Positions 47,776 to 56,998 of a DNA stretch of 64,000 nucleotides are shown here, piece after piece. Below the pieces are notes generated by a model. It did no database searches and was not told the DNA's origin. It was given only the letters and a program-made list of their open reading frames with translations. The position numbers and the translations under genes are program-made. This DNA comes from a bacterium. Its GTDB lineage: Bacteria > Bacillota > Clostridia > Lachnospirales > Lachnospiraceae. Position 1 is the first letter of the stretch. Each line of letters starts with the position of its first letter. Location of the stretch: contig JAUNGE010000004.1 of NCBI GenBank assembly GCA_030524675.1, positions 29,369 to 93,368 on the forward strand. The letters run 5' to 3'.

Positions 47776-48570
47776 TCACCCGAGGATTCCCAGCTGTTCC
47801 ATTGCATAGGCAATGCCGTCTTCCTCCACTGTCTTTGTGACAAAAGAAGCATATGGCTCCAGTTCTTTGTCGTGTTTTCCCATCAGCACCGCGTTCGGCA
47901 CTGCCTGAAACATCGCCAGATCGTTTGTGCTGTCGCCGAACACATACGCATCTTCCAGGCGGATATCGTACAGTTGCAGAATCTTTGTGATGGCTGTCGC
48001 CTTGGAATGGCCGAGCGGCACGCACTCGTACATGCCCTGTCCACGGTCAATCACCGTGAACTCCTTGCTGACGGCACGGATAAAACCTGCTATATCGCTC
48101 TCCTCGTCCGACCAGAAACAAAACTTGTCAAAGATAACCTCTCCGTCCGCTGTCTCTCTCACGCCTGCTGGATGTCCTGCTTTTAGAGATGCAAACACTT
48201 TATCAAGAGCCTTCGTCGGATAAGGCGGCTCTGGAAAATAACAGAATTCCTGTGCTTCCAGCACGATTCCCACCCGAAACAAATTTCCCTGCTCCAGCAG
48301 AAACCGTCCCAGCTCTCTCGGAAGGCGATGCTCATATACCGTCTCTCCATGTACAATCAGCTGCGTGCCGCAGCCGCACAGGTACCCGTCCACATTGACC
48401 AGCTTTCGTATCTCCTCCAGCAGGCAGTCCTCGCGCCCTGAGTTGATAAATGTCATATGTCCCAGTGCTTTTGCCTTCTCTATTGCACGCACTGCGCTCT
48501 CTGGAACCAGATGCGTCTCCTCACTGAGCAGCGTGCCATCCACATCAAAAAACAATGCTTTTTTTCTCAT
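47776..48570 (-). CDS. Cof-type HAD-IIB phosphatase
   Basis: 264 aa with motif I FFDVDGTLL and the late motif FGDSTNDLAMF. Confidence 0.85.
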   Translation of the reverse strand: MRKKALFFDVDGTLLSEETHLVPESAVRAIEKAKALGHMTFINSGREDCLLEEIRKLVNVDGYLCGCGTQLIVHGETVYEHRLPRELGRFLLEQGNLFRVGIVLEAQEFCYFPEPPYPTKALDKVFASLKAGHPAGVRETADGEVIFDKFCFWSDEESDIAGFIRAVSKEFTVIDRGQGMYECVPLGHSKATAITKILQLYDIRLEDAYVFGDSTNDLAMFQAVPNAVLMGKHDKELEPYASFVTKTVEEDGIAYAMEQLGILG

Positions 48571-48578
48571 GCTTCTTT

Positions 48579-49166
48579 TTACTCCTGATCTCCGCGAAAT
48601 ACAATCTCTCCGGTCTCCTCATTCATGCTGTCCACAATCGCCAGCGATTCCAGACGGATTCCCTGGCTGCGCAGCATATCGCCGCCCTGCTGGAATCCCT
48701 TTTCAATCACAATTCCCGCGCCTACAAGTTCGGCGCCGGAATCCTTTACCAAGCGTGCAAGACCCTCCAGAGCCATTCCGTTTGCCAGGAAATCGTCAAT
48801 CAAAAGGACTTTGTCGCCTTTTCCGAGAAATTCTTTTGACACAATGATATCATACACTCTTCCGTGGGTGAAGGACTCTACTTTTGTCGTGTAGACATCT
48901 CCGGCAATGTTTTTCGTCTGATTTTTCTTGGCAAACACCACTGGCACGTCGAAATACTGCGCCACGATGCAGGCAATTCCGATACCAGACGCCTCAATCG
49001 TCAGAATCTTATTGATTTCCACATCTGCAAAACGCTTTCTGAATTCTTTTCCAATCTCAGTGAACAGCTTGATATCCATCTGATGATTCAGGAAACGGTC
49101 TACTTTCAGTACATTGCCTGCTCTTACCTTGCCGTCCTTACGGATGCGCTCTTTTAATAACTCCAT
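48579..49166 (-). CDS. xpt: xanthine phosphoribosyltransferase
   Basis: Start moved to [31 protein letters not shown] after AAAGGAGGAA. PRPP site is [11 protein letters not shown]. Confidence 0.85.
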   Translation of the reverse strand: MELLKERIRKDGKVRAGNVLKVDRFLNHQMDIKLFTEIGKEFRKRFADVEINKILTIEASGIGIACIVAQYFDVPVVFAKKNQTKNIAGDVYTTKVESFTHGRVYDIIVSKEFLGKGDKVLLIDDFLANGMALEGLARLVKDSGAELVGAGIVIEKGFQQGGDMLRSQGIRLESLAIVDSMNEETGEIVFRGDQE

Positions 49167-49275
49167 GGTTCCGAATTCCTCCTTTGCACACTCATAGATA
49201 GCATACAGAAAACACTTGTACACATTATCGCTTTTTCACACTTTAAAAACCGGCATTTCCATCAGCCCTGCCATC

Positions 49276-50373
49276 TTACTGCTTCGGCTGAATATTCGCA
49301 TTGTCAATCAAAATCTGCTGTACTTTCTCCATCTGGATTGCTTCTTTCAGATTATCCTCCGAGAACAAGGATTTCATCTGCTCTGCGCTCTCATATCCGT
49401 TGTTCTGTGCCAGCGTCTCATAATCTGCATCGACCAGCTCTACATTCTCTTTTTCTGAAATTTCCTTCACAATCAGATTCCACTTCAGAGTCTGCTCCGC
49501 ACTCTCCGTGACAATCGCATCAATTTCCTCTGTCGTCTTTCCGGTCATCTGCTCCACAGTCGCGCCGTACATGCTCGCCATCATCTGATAATAGCTGTTA
49601 ATCTCATACTTTTGCGCTTCCATATCTGCATCACTCAGCTCAAATGTGCTGTTTTCGCTGATGGTTCCCAGCATATCATAAAACATATCCTCTGCCGCCA
49701 CCTGCTCCTTGTTTTCCAGCATGGTATCCTGGATGTACTGGCGGTATGCATCGACTGTGGTATACTCACCATCTGAAACTCTTGTGACAAATGCATCATC
49801 CAGAACCGCATCCTTCTGCTCTGTGATGCCGTTGATTGTGACATCAAACACTGCCGGCTGTCCTGCCAGGCTTGTCTCAAAATAATCTTCTGGGAATGTC
49901 AGATTCAGTGTGATAGTACTTCCAATCTCTGCACCAATCATGCCATCCTCAAACCCGTCGATAAAGCTTCCGGAACCAATCACCAGATCATCCACATTGT
50001 TGCTGTCAAACTCCGTTCCATCCTCTCTCTTTCCCACATAGTCGAAGTTCACCACATCGCCTTCCTGAATCGGACGGTCCGTGATCTCGGTCTTTTCCGG
50101 ATTATTTTTCACGATGTCATTCAGCTGCTCCTGCACTTCGTCATCTGTCACAGTGGTATCCGCTTTTTCTACCTGCAGTCCTTTGTAGTCTGCCAGAGTC
50201 ACAATTTTGGACAATCCGTCTGCCACTGGTGCCTCTGCGTCAGCTTCTGCAGTTGCCGCTGCAGTCGTCTCTGCAGATGCGGCTGCTGTTGTCTCCTCTT
50301 TTTTGCTTCCGCATCCGGAAAGCAGCAGAACCGCTGCCAGACCACAGGCACAAAATCTCATCCATTTTTTCAT
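49276..50373 (-). CDS. lipoprotein with trigger-factor-like FKBP PPIase and C-terminal domains
   Basis: Start moved to MKKWMRFCACGLAAVLLLSGCGS (lipobox). PPIase region is EGDVVNFDYVGK...GSGSFIDGFEDGMIG...FPEDY...AGQPAVFDV. Confidence 0.75.
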   Translation of the reverse strand: MKKWMRFCACGLAAVLLLSGCGSKKEETTAAASAETTAAATAEADAEAPVADGLSKIVTLADYKGLQVEKADTTVTDDEVQEQLNDIVKNNPEKTEITDRPIQEGDVVNFDYVGKREDGTEFDSNNVDDLVIGSGSFIDGFEDGMIGAEIGSTITLNLTFPEDYFETSLAGQPAVFDVTINGITEQKDAVLDDAFVTRVSDGEYTTVDAYRQYIQDTMLENKEQVAAEDMFYDMLGTISENSTFELSDADMEAQKYEINSYYQMMASMYGATVEQMTGKTTEEIDAIVTESAEQTLKWNLIVKEISEKENVELVDADYETLAQNNGYESAEQMKSLFSEDNLKEAIQMEKVQQILIDNANIQPKQ

Positions 50374-50462
50374 AATTTTTTTCTCCCTCAATCTCTCTTT
50401 CCTATTTCTTTCTTATATCATACCAGGTTCACGCAGTGCAAAGCAATCCAGTATCATCACAA

Positions 50463-51863
50463 TCATCTGATAAATGCAGCGAATGCCTTGTATGTATTAT
50501 AGATATCCAGCTTTGAGGCCAGCTCAAACGGTGCATGCATGGATAAAATCGGCACGCCCAGGTCCACGACATCAATATTCAGCTCTGCCACGAATTTTGC
50601 CACAGTACCGCCGCCGCCGACATCAACTGCGCCCAGCTCACCAATCTGCCAGTATACGCCCGCATCGTCCATAATCTGGATGACTTTTGCCATCAACTCT
50701 GCGCCCGCATCGTTTGTACCGCTCTTTCCTCTTGCACCTGTGTACTTTGTCAGAACGCATCCCTTATTCAGATAGCAGGAATTCTGTGGCTCATATACCT
50801 GCGGGAACGTCGGGTCATATGCCGCATTGACATCTGCAGACAAGCAGATAGAATTTGCCAGCACGTCTTTATAGTTCACGCCTGCCATCTCTGCCAGATA
50901 TTCGATGAAATATCCCACAAAATTAGAATTCAGACCAGTATTTCCACTGGAGCCAATCTCTTCCTTGTCTGCCAGAACAGTCATAGTCGTCCAAGTCGGC
51001 GCCTTCTCCTCCACCTCAGCTCTCAGAGCCGTGTATGCGCACACCTTATCATCCTGTCCATACGCGCCCACCAGGCTTCTGTCAATACCGATATCGCTTG
51101 CCTTGTATGCCGGAACGAACTCAATCTCCGCGCGCAGGAAATCTTTCTCTGTGATGCCAAGGCACTCATGCAGAAGCTTCATTGCCATCAGCTTCACTGG
51201 AGTTTTCACCTGGTCATCCACATATGGGATGGAACCAACCACGATGTTCAGCTCCTCGCCCTTGATGCCGTCCTTTAAGGAACGCTCGCTCTGCTGTCCT
51301 GCCAGATGCGGAAGCAGATCGGTGATGCAGAATAACGGGTCGCCCTCCTTCTCACCAATGCAGACGTTCACCACTTCGCCGTTGGCTTTCACAATCGCGC
51401 CATGCATTGCTAACGGAACGGTTGTCCACTGGTATTTGCGGATGCCGCCGTAGTAGTGTGTCTTAAACAGTGCAATGCCATCCTTCTCGTACAGTGGGTT
51501 CGGCTTTAAATCCAGTCTCGGGGAATCAATGTGCGCGATGTTCAAACGAATTCCCTCGTTTAACGGCTTCTGTCCGATGGTAGTCGCAATCAGGGCCTTG
51601 CCGCGGTTGTTGCTGTATACTTTATCACCTGGCTGATAGGACTTTCCTGTTTCAAATGGAACATATCCGTTCTCTTCCAGCAGGGAAACAGCCGTGGATA
51701 CAAATTCTCTCTCTGTCTTTCCTGCATCCAAAAATTTCTTGTAGCCCTCGCAGAACTCTGCTGCTTTTTCAATCTGCTCTGGCGCTTTCTCAGCTATATT
51801 CGGAATCTCATAGAACAATTCCTCTGCCAATACCTGTCCTTCTGTCTTTTCTTTGCTGCTCAT
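50463..51863 (-). CDS. M18-family aminopeptidase
   Basis: Start moved to MSSKEKTEGQ after AAAGGAGA. Contains NIAHIDSPRLDLKPNP, HYYGGIRKYQW and LADKEEIGS. Confidence 0.8.
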   Translation of the reverse strand: MSSKEKTEGQVLAEELFYEIPNIAEKAPEQIEKAAEFCEGYKKFLDAGKTEREFVSTAVSLLEENGYVPFETGKSYQPGDKVYSNNRGKALIATTIGQKPLNEGIRLNIAHIDSPRLDLKPNPLYEKDGIALFKTHYYGGIRKYQWTTVPLAMHGAIVKANGEVVNVCIGEKEGDPLFCITDLLPHLAGQQSERSLKDGIKGEELNIVVGSIPYVDDQVKTPVKLMAMKLLHECLGITEKDFLRAEIEFVPAYKASDIGIDRSLVGAYGQDDKVCAYTALRAEVEEKAPTWTTMTVLADKEEIGSSGNTGLNSNFVGYFIEYLAEMAGVNYKDVLANSICLSADVNAAYDPTFPQVYEPQNSCYLNKGCVLTKYTGARGKSGTNDAGAELMAKVIQIMDDAGVYWQIGELGAVDVGGGGTVAKFVAELNIDVVDLGVPILSMHAPFELASKLDIYNTYKAFAAFIR

Positions 51864-51894
51864 CCTTCTGTCTCCTTTTTCTTTCATATAGTAT

Positions 51895-51912
51895 TGCCTG
51901 CGTCAGCAGGCA
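51895..51912 (-). repeat. GC-rich 18-bp palindrome/hairpin, copy 3 of 3
   Basis: TGCCTGCGTCAGCAGGCA lies 32 nt upstream of the aminopeptidase start. Confidence 0.5.
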
Positions 51913-51985
51913 TATACGTTTGCTTCTTTCACTTCTTTTGCTCTGCAATCCATATGCTATATACATGTATATACATGTTTTGCTC

Positions 51986-52432
51986 TTACATGGTATCACT
52001 ATCCAGCAGAATTGTAAATGGACCATCATTCAAAAGTTCCACTTTCATATCTGCACCAAATTCTCCATGCTCTGTGTGGATGCCCTTTTCCTGAAACAGC
52101 TCCACTACATATTCATATAACTCTTCTGCCAAAGCCGGCGCGCCGGCGTTTGTGAAGCTCGGGCGGTTCCCCTTTCTGCAGTCTGCATACAGAGTAAACT
52201 GGCTCACCACCAGAATCTCTCCGCCCACATCTGCCAGGGCCAAATTGGTCTTTCCATTTTCATCCTCGAAAATACGCAGCTTGGCAATTTTATTCACCAT
52301 CTTCTCAGCGGTTTCCCTCGTGTCTGTGGCAGAAACACCCAGCAGCACCAGAAAACCTTTCTGAATCGCACCGATAGTCTCACCCTCCACCTTCACACTG
52401 GCATGTGCAACGCGCTGCAGCACAATCCTCAT
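51986..52432 (-). CDS. dtd: D-aminoacyl-tRNA deacylase
   Basis: Start moved to [18 protein letters not shown] after ACGGAGGAAA. Contains [17 protein letters not shown]. 148 aa. Confidence 0.9.
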   Translation of the reverse strand: MRIVLQRVAHASVKVEGETIGAIQKGFLVLLGVSATDTRETAEKMVNKIAKLRIFEDENGKTNLALADVGGEILVVSQFTLYADCRKGNRPSFTNAGAPALAEELYEYVVELFQEKGIHTEHGEFGADMKVELLNDGPFTILLDSDTM

Positions 52433-52631
52433 GTCTGTTTCCTCCGTTTTTCCCTTTTCTCCATCCGCTTCCAGCCCGCCTGTTCCACTCACTGGTTTCG
52501 TTCGCTCATATGCAGAAGTATCAAACATCTGCCAAATATTCATCCAATATACGTACAACTATCTGCCGGACATCCATCCAATTTTTCGTTTTCATGTATC
52601 TGGCATATTCATGACCAGTATTTCCAGTGGT

Positions 52632-53579
52632 TTAACGCTTCCAGTTTTTAAACAAATCTCCCAGGCTGGTGGTCGCCTCACCGCTCTCATGATAGTCAAA
52701 GGTATCGTCTTCCTCCTGCGCCTGCTCCATCTCCTTCATGCTCAGGCTGATTTTGTTGTTATCTGTGGAGAGAATTCTCACGCGGACATCCTGTCCCACC
52801 TTCAGAACTTCCTTCGGATGGCGCAGTCTCTTCTCAGAAATCTGAGAGATGTGAAGCAGTCCTGTCAAACCATTCTCCAGTTCCACAAACGCGCCGTATG
52901 TCTGCAGAGACTCCACTTTTCCGTTCATCACAGCACCGACCTGGCATTTGGCAATTTTTTTCTTTTTTGCCTCTTCTTTCTTCTCTCTGGCGGCCTCTCG
53001 CCCTGACAGCACCAATCTCTTCTCCTCAGGGTTCGCTGTGATAACTGTGACATCCACAGTCTTTCCTTCCCATTCCTGCAGATTTTCCACATAGTCAGCG
53101 TCCAGCCTGGATGCAGGAATAAAGCCGCGAATTCCTTCCAGATATGCCACCACGCCGCCATTTACCACCTGCTGCACCTTCACTGGCACAATCGTTCTCT
53201 CCTGCATCAGAGTTTCCAGCTTGTCCCATGCCAGAATGTTGTTTGCCTCCTTGCGGGAGAGCAGCAGATTTCCCTGTCCATCATCTCTCTTCACTACCGT
53301 CGCAGAAATCTCATCTCCCACATGAACCGATTCCTTCATATTAAAATCGGGATCATCGCTCATATTTTCCTTCGGAATCACACCTTCTGCATAGGATTTT
53401 AGGTCCAGAACAACCTGCTCGTCTGTCACATCAATCACAGTTCCTGTCAGCATATCGCCCACATAAATCCTCTGAAACGACGCCTCCAGTTCCTCCTTAT
53501 AATCATCCATGGACTCCATCGGCTCTGCAGCCGTCTCCTCCACCTCATTCAACCCCTCTTTTTTTGTTTCATCCAACAT
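52632..53579 (-). CDS. S1 RNA-binding domain protein (three S1 repeats)
   Basis: 315 aa with three repeats of the G..v.G.V......g..v.l....G.ip type. Confidence 0.75.
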   Translation of the reverse strand: MLDETKKEGLNEVEETAAEPMESMDDYKEELEASFQRIYVGDMLTGTVIDVTDEQVVLDLKSYAEGVIPKENMSDDPDFNMKESVHVGDEISATVVKRDDGQGNLLLSRKEANNILAWDKLETLMQERTIVPVKVQQVVNGGVVAYLEGIRGFIPASRLDADYVENLQEWEGKTVDVTVITANPEEKRLVLSGREAAREKKEEAKKKKIAKCQVGAVMNGKVESLQTYGAFVELENGLTGLLHISQISEKRLRHPKEVLKVGQDVRVRILSTDNNKISLSMKEMEQAQEEDDTFDYHESGEATTSLGDLFKNWKR

Positions 53580-53776
53580 AGCTCAGTACACTCCTTTCCA
53601 CTCATCCATTTTCGCTTTGTGTCTGCCGAAAATTGGGCTGATAACTGTTTTTTTATCATATCATACCCGCGGCAAAAAACACAGACTTTTCACACAAAAT
53701 TCTTAATTTATGCTATACTTGGCTTATATAGCGCAGTTTACACCGAAAAAAAATGGAAAAGGAAGGGACAAACTTC

Positions 53777-54520
53777 ATGAAAGACATTCTTGATCTGCAC
53801 ACGCACACATTGGCCTGCGGCCATGCGTATAACACCTTATTTGAAATGTTCGAGGGCGCCCATCAGCGCGGCCTTGCCCTCTTTGGTTCCAGTGACCACG
53901 CTCCAAATATTCCTGGCGCCTCCTCCTATATGTATTTCAGCAACTTTAAGGTCGTTCCGCGCACCTACAAGGATATGCCGGTGATGCTCGGATGCGAGCT
54001 GGACATCATCGACCACAAAGGTGCGGTTGACCTGCCGACCTACGTTCTGAGAAAACTCGATTACGCGATTGCCAGCATACATGGACAGTGCTACCACAAC
54101 GGCACGGTTGCAGAAAACACGGCTGCCGTCATCGGCGCTCTGCAAAATCCGTTCGTAAAGATTCTGGGACATCCGGACGACAACCGCTATCCTGTGGATT
54201 ATCGGCCCATCGTGGAAGCGGCCAGGGACTGCCACAAACTCATCGAGTTAAATAACAGCTCCCTCATTCCAGGAAACGGCCGCCCAGGCGCACGCGCCAA
54301 TGACCTGAAACTGCTGCCGCTGTGCGCCGAGCTTGGCGTTTCTATCATTGTAAACAGCGACGCTCACGTTGTCACCGATATCGGCAGGCATGAGTACGCC
54401 ATGGCACTTCTGGAAGAAATCCATTTCCCAGAAGAGCTGGTTGTCAACACCTCCCTCGAAAAACTGGCAAGCTTTATTCCGGCTGTTTCCTCCATCTGCG
54501 GCCTAAAAACCAACGAATAA
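53777..54520 (+). CDS. PHP-domain phosphoesterase (YcdX-like)
   Basis: Start at MKDILDLHTHTLACGHA after AAGGAAGGGA. His-rich PHP motifs HTHT, SDHAP, GHPD and SDAH. Confidence 0.8.
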   Translation: MKDILDLHTHTLACGHAYNTLFEMFEGAHQRGLALFGSSDHAPNIPGASSYMYFSNFKVVPRTYKDMPVMLGCELDIIDHKGAVDLPTYVLRKLDYAIASIHGQCYHNGTVAENTAAVIGALQNPFVKILGHPDDNRYPVDYRPIVEAARDCHKLIELNNSSLIPGNGRPGARANDLKLLPLCAELGVSIIVNSDAHVVTDIGRHEYAMALLEEIHFPEELVVNTSLEKLASFIPAVSSICGLKTNE

Positions 54521-54595
54521 AAGCAGAAAAACTATCATACAGAACGGATGCTGCGATGCATTGACTGACTACTGACTATTTATCTGGAGGATACT

Positions 54596-55555
54596 ATGCT
54601 GAATTTTCTGAATCTGGAATATTTTCTGGTCGCCGCCGAGGAACTGAGTTTTACCAAAGCGGCAAAACGCCTGTTTATATCCCAGCAATCTTTAAGCAGC
54701 CACATTGCCAGCCTGGAAAAAGAGCTGGATGTGGCACTGTTTGATAGGACGTCCCCCCTGACTCTGACATACGCTGGGCATGTGTTTGCCAGCCGTGCCC
54801 GCGCGCTGCTGGACCTGCGCGCAGAAACACTCAGAGAAATCACAGATATCAAGGATTTCACCACCGGACAGCTCACCATCGGCGTCTCCCACACCCGCGG
54901 GCGTGTGATTCTTCCGGAAATCCTGCCGCTCTACCGCCGCCTGTTCCCTGGTATTGAGTTTTCTCTGCTGGAGGGCAATTCCAAAGAGCTGGACCATGCC
55001 CTGTCGCACGGTGAGGTCGATTTAATCATCGGCATGAAACCATTCTCTGTGGAACATGTCGAGACCATCCCCATCTGCAGCGAGGATATCCTGCTCGCCG
55101 TATCGGATTCTCTGCTGACACAGTATTTTCCTAACCGCAAACAGCAGATTATGGGACTGCTGTCTGGCGGCGTGGACCTGAAACTGCTCGCCAGCTGCCC
55201 TGTCCTGACCGTCAAAAAAGGAAATCGGGTGCGCACGATTATGGATGAAATGTATGAAGACGCCCAGGTCTCCCCTTCCATCATCTTGGAGGCAGAAAAT
55301 ATCGAGACCCTTCTCTCCCTTGCGGCCAAAGGAATGGGCATTACGTTCTACCCGCAGGCATTTATCCACCCATCCCGCCAGGATTTACACTTTTATCCGC
55401 TAAATTACGGCAAAGCGCATGGCGTCCTGGCCATAGGCTACTATAAAAACCGCTATCTGCCGCGAGCTGCCAAAGAGTTTATCCGTGTGGCCCTGAAAGT
55501 GCTTCAAGCTCAGAAACATCCCGCAGAGTACCAACCTCCATCCGATGTGATGTAA
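54596..55555 (+). CDS. LysR-family transcriptional regulator
   Basis: 319 aa with N-terminal HTH LEYFLVAAEELSFTKAAKRLFISQQSLSSHIASLE. Confidence 0.85.
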   Translation: MLNFLNLEYFLVAAEELSFTKAAKRLFISQQSLSSHIASLEKELDVALFDRTSPLTLTYAGHVFASRARALLDLRAETLREITDIKDFTTGQLTIGVSHTRGRVILPEILPLYRRLFPGIEFSLLEGNSKELDHALSHGEVDLIIGMKPFSVEHVETIPICSEDILLAVSDSLLTQYFPNRKQQIMGLLSGGVDLKLLASCPVLTVKKGNRVRTIMDEMYEDAQVSPSIILEAENIETLLSLAAKGMGITFYPQAFIHPSRQDLHFYPLNYGKAHGVLAIGYYKNRYLPRAAKEFIRVALKVLQAQKHPAEYQPPSDVM

Positions 55556-55630
55556 AGTAAAACGAATAATAGCTTTTTTGCTGCTTTTTGTTGTTTCCAA
55601 TCTTTTCCAGTGCTTCCTCTTACTTTTTCA

Positions 55631-55680
55631 TTGACAAAGTGATTTTTATACCCTATAATAATAATCGTTACTATTATTAA
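55631..55680 (+). promoter_or_regulatory. candidate promoter (TTGACA, 17 nt, TATAAT) with an overlapping AT-rich inverted repeat TAATAAT-N7-ATTATTA
   Basis: Perfect consensus hexamers at 55631-55636 and 55654-55659. The inverted repeat at 55659-55679 lies between the -10 and the Fur/PerR-family gene. Confidence 0.55.
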
Positions 55681-55694
55681 AAGGGGCGAGGCAT

Positions 55695-56153
55695 ATGAAA
55701 ACACGAAAATACAGCAGGCAGAGAGAATCCATCAAAAGATGCCTGATGCAGCGGACAGATCATCCGACGGCGGATATGATTTATTCCGAAATTCAAAAAG
55801 AGTATCCGAACATCAGCCTAGGCACAGTATATCGAAATCTGAACCTCCTGGTAGAGCTGGGAGAAGCTTCCAAGCTCGTCTGCGGAGACGGATACGACCG
55901 TTTTGACCCAGATACCAAGCCGCATTACCACTTTGTATGCCGCAAATGCGGCGCTGTCTCTGATTTGAAGATGACACTGCTAAAAGATCTGGAACATCTT
56001 GCCTCTGTTTACACGAATGGCACGATTGAAGGTCACTTTATGCTGTTCTATGGCACCTGCGAGCATTGTAAAAGCACTGCGAACACTATGCCGCAAAAAA
56101 AGGCGCGAAAGATACAGGAATCCATAAAGGAGTTCGCAGGAGAATCAAACTAA
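55695..56153 (+). CDS. perR: Fur-family repressor, probably PerR
   Basis: 152 aa with HPTADMIYSEI...ISLGTVYRNL and CxxC pairs (CRKCG, CEHC). Adjacent to rubrerythrin. Confidence 0.7.
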   Translation: MKTRKYSRQRESIKRCLMQRTDHPTADMIYSEIQKEYPNISLGTVYRNLNLLVELGEASKLVCGDGYDRFDPDTKPHYHFVCRKCGAVSDLKMTLLKDLEHLASVYTNGTIEGHFMLFYGTCEHCKSTANTMPQKKARKIQESIKEFAGESN

Positions 56154-56182
56154 TAAAATCTCTCATTTTTTCAGAAATTCAC

Positions 56183-56244
56183 TTGACAGCACATAGAAAC
56201 TGTGCTAGTATAATTACAAGAATCATTCCTATTTTTGAATGATA
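56183..56244 (+). promoter_or_regulatory. candidate rubrerythrin promoter and downstream inverted repeat
   Basis: TTGACA (56183-56188), 17 nt, TAGTAT (overlapping TATAAT), then GAATCATTC-N8-GAATGAT at 56220-56244. Confidence 0.45.
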
Positions 56245-56274
56245 AAATTAAAAAGTAAAAGGAGCGTATTTAAT

Positions 56275-56817
56275 ATGAAAAAATTTGTTTGTAGCGTATG
56301 TGGTTATGTATATGAGGGCGAGGCAGCTCCAGCAGTATGTCCAATCTGCAAGGCACCAGCTGAGAAATTCATCGAGCAGGGCGGCGAGATGACATGGGCA
56401 GCAGAGCACATCGTAGGTGTAGCTCAGGGTGTCAGCGAAGATATCATCAAAGACTTAAGAGCAAACTTCGAGGGCGAGTGCACTGAGGTTGGTATGTACC
56501 TGGCTATGGCTAGAGTAGCTCACAGAGAAGGATATCCGGAAATTGGTCTGTACTACGAGAAGGCAGCTTGGGAAGAGGCTGAACATGCATCCAAATTTGC
56601 TGAGTTATTAGGCGAAGTTGTGACTGACAGCACAAAGAAGAACCTGCAGCTGCGTGTAGAGGCTGAGAACGGCGCTACCGCTGGTAAAGTTGACCTGGCT
56701 AAGAGAGCAAAAGCTGCTAACCTGGATGCAATCCATGACACAGTTCATGAGATGGCTAGAGACGAAGCTCGTCACGGCAAAGCATTCAAGGGCTTACTGG
56801 AGAGATACTTTGGTTAA
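56275..56817 (+). CDS. rbr: reverse rubrerythrin (N-terminal rubredoxin-like Cys4 domain + ferritin-like di-iron domain)
   Basis: Start at [15 protein letters not shown]...CPICKAP after AAAAGGAG. Di-iron ligand regions are [13 protein letters not shown] and EEAEHASKF...EARHGKAF. Confidence 0.85.
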   Translation: MKKFVCSVCGYVYEGEAAPAVCPICKAPAEKFIEQGGEMTWAAEHIVGVAQGVSEDIIKDLRANFEGECTEVGMYLAMARVAHREGYPEIGLYYEKAAWEEAEHASKFAELLGEVVTDSTKKNLQLRVEAENGATAGKVDLAKRAKAANLDAIHDTVHEMARDEARHGKAFKGLLERYFG

Positions 56818-56879
56818 TTTCTAATCCTTGTCTGTACAGGGAATGGAACCAATTATAAAAGAATAGAAACCTAAAAAAG

Positions 56880-56918
56880 GAGAGGGAATGAATCAGCCAT
56901 GATTGATTCCCTCTTTTG
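56880..56918. terminator. bidirectional rho-independent terminator between the convergent rbr and epimerase genes
   Basis: GAGGGAATGAATCA-GCCA-TGATTGATTCCCTC (14-bp stem, 1 mismatch), flanked by AAAAAA and TTTT. Confidence 0.8.
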
Positions 56919-56998
56919 CTGTAAAGGGGCAAACCTGCCAGTGCCGCCACCAACAGATATGCCCCTCTTCAAACTCCCTATTTCATAAATCTTCTCTT

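Noticed and set aside
49167-49275. Possible purine riboswitch upstream of xpt
   Set aside because: The leader is only 109 nt and lacks the conserved purine-aptamer core sequences and three-way junction. No terminator or antiterminator pair is visible.
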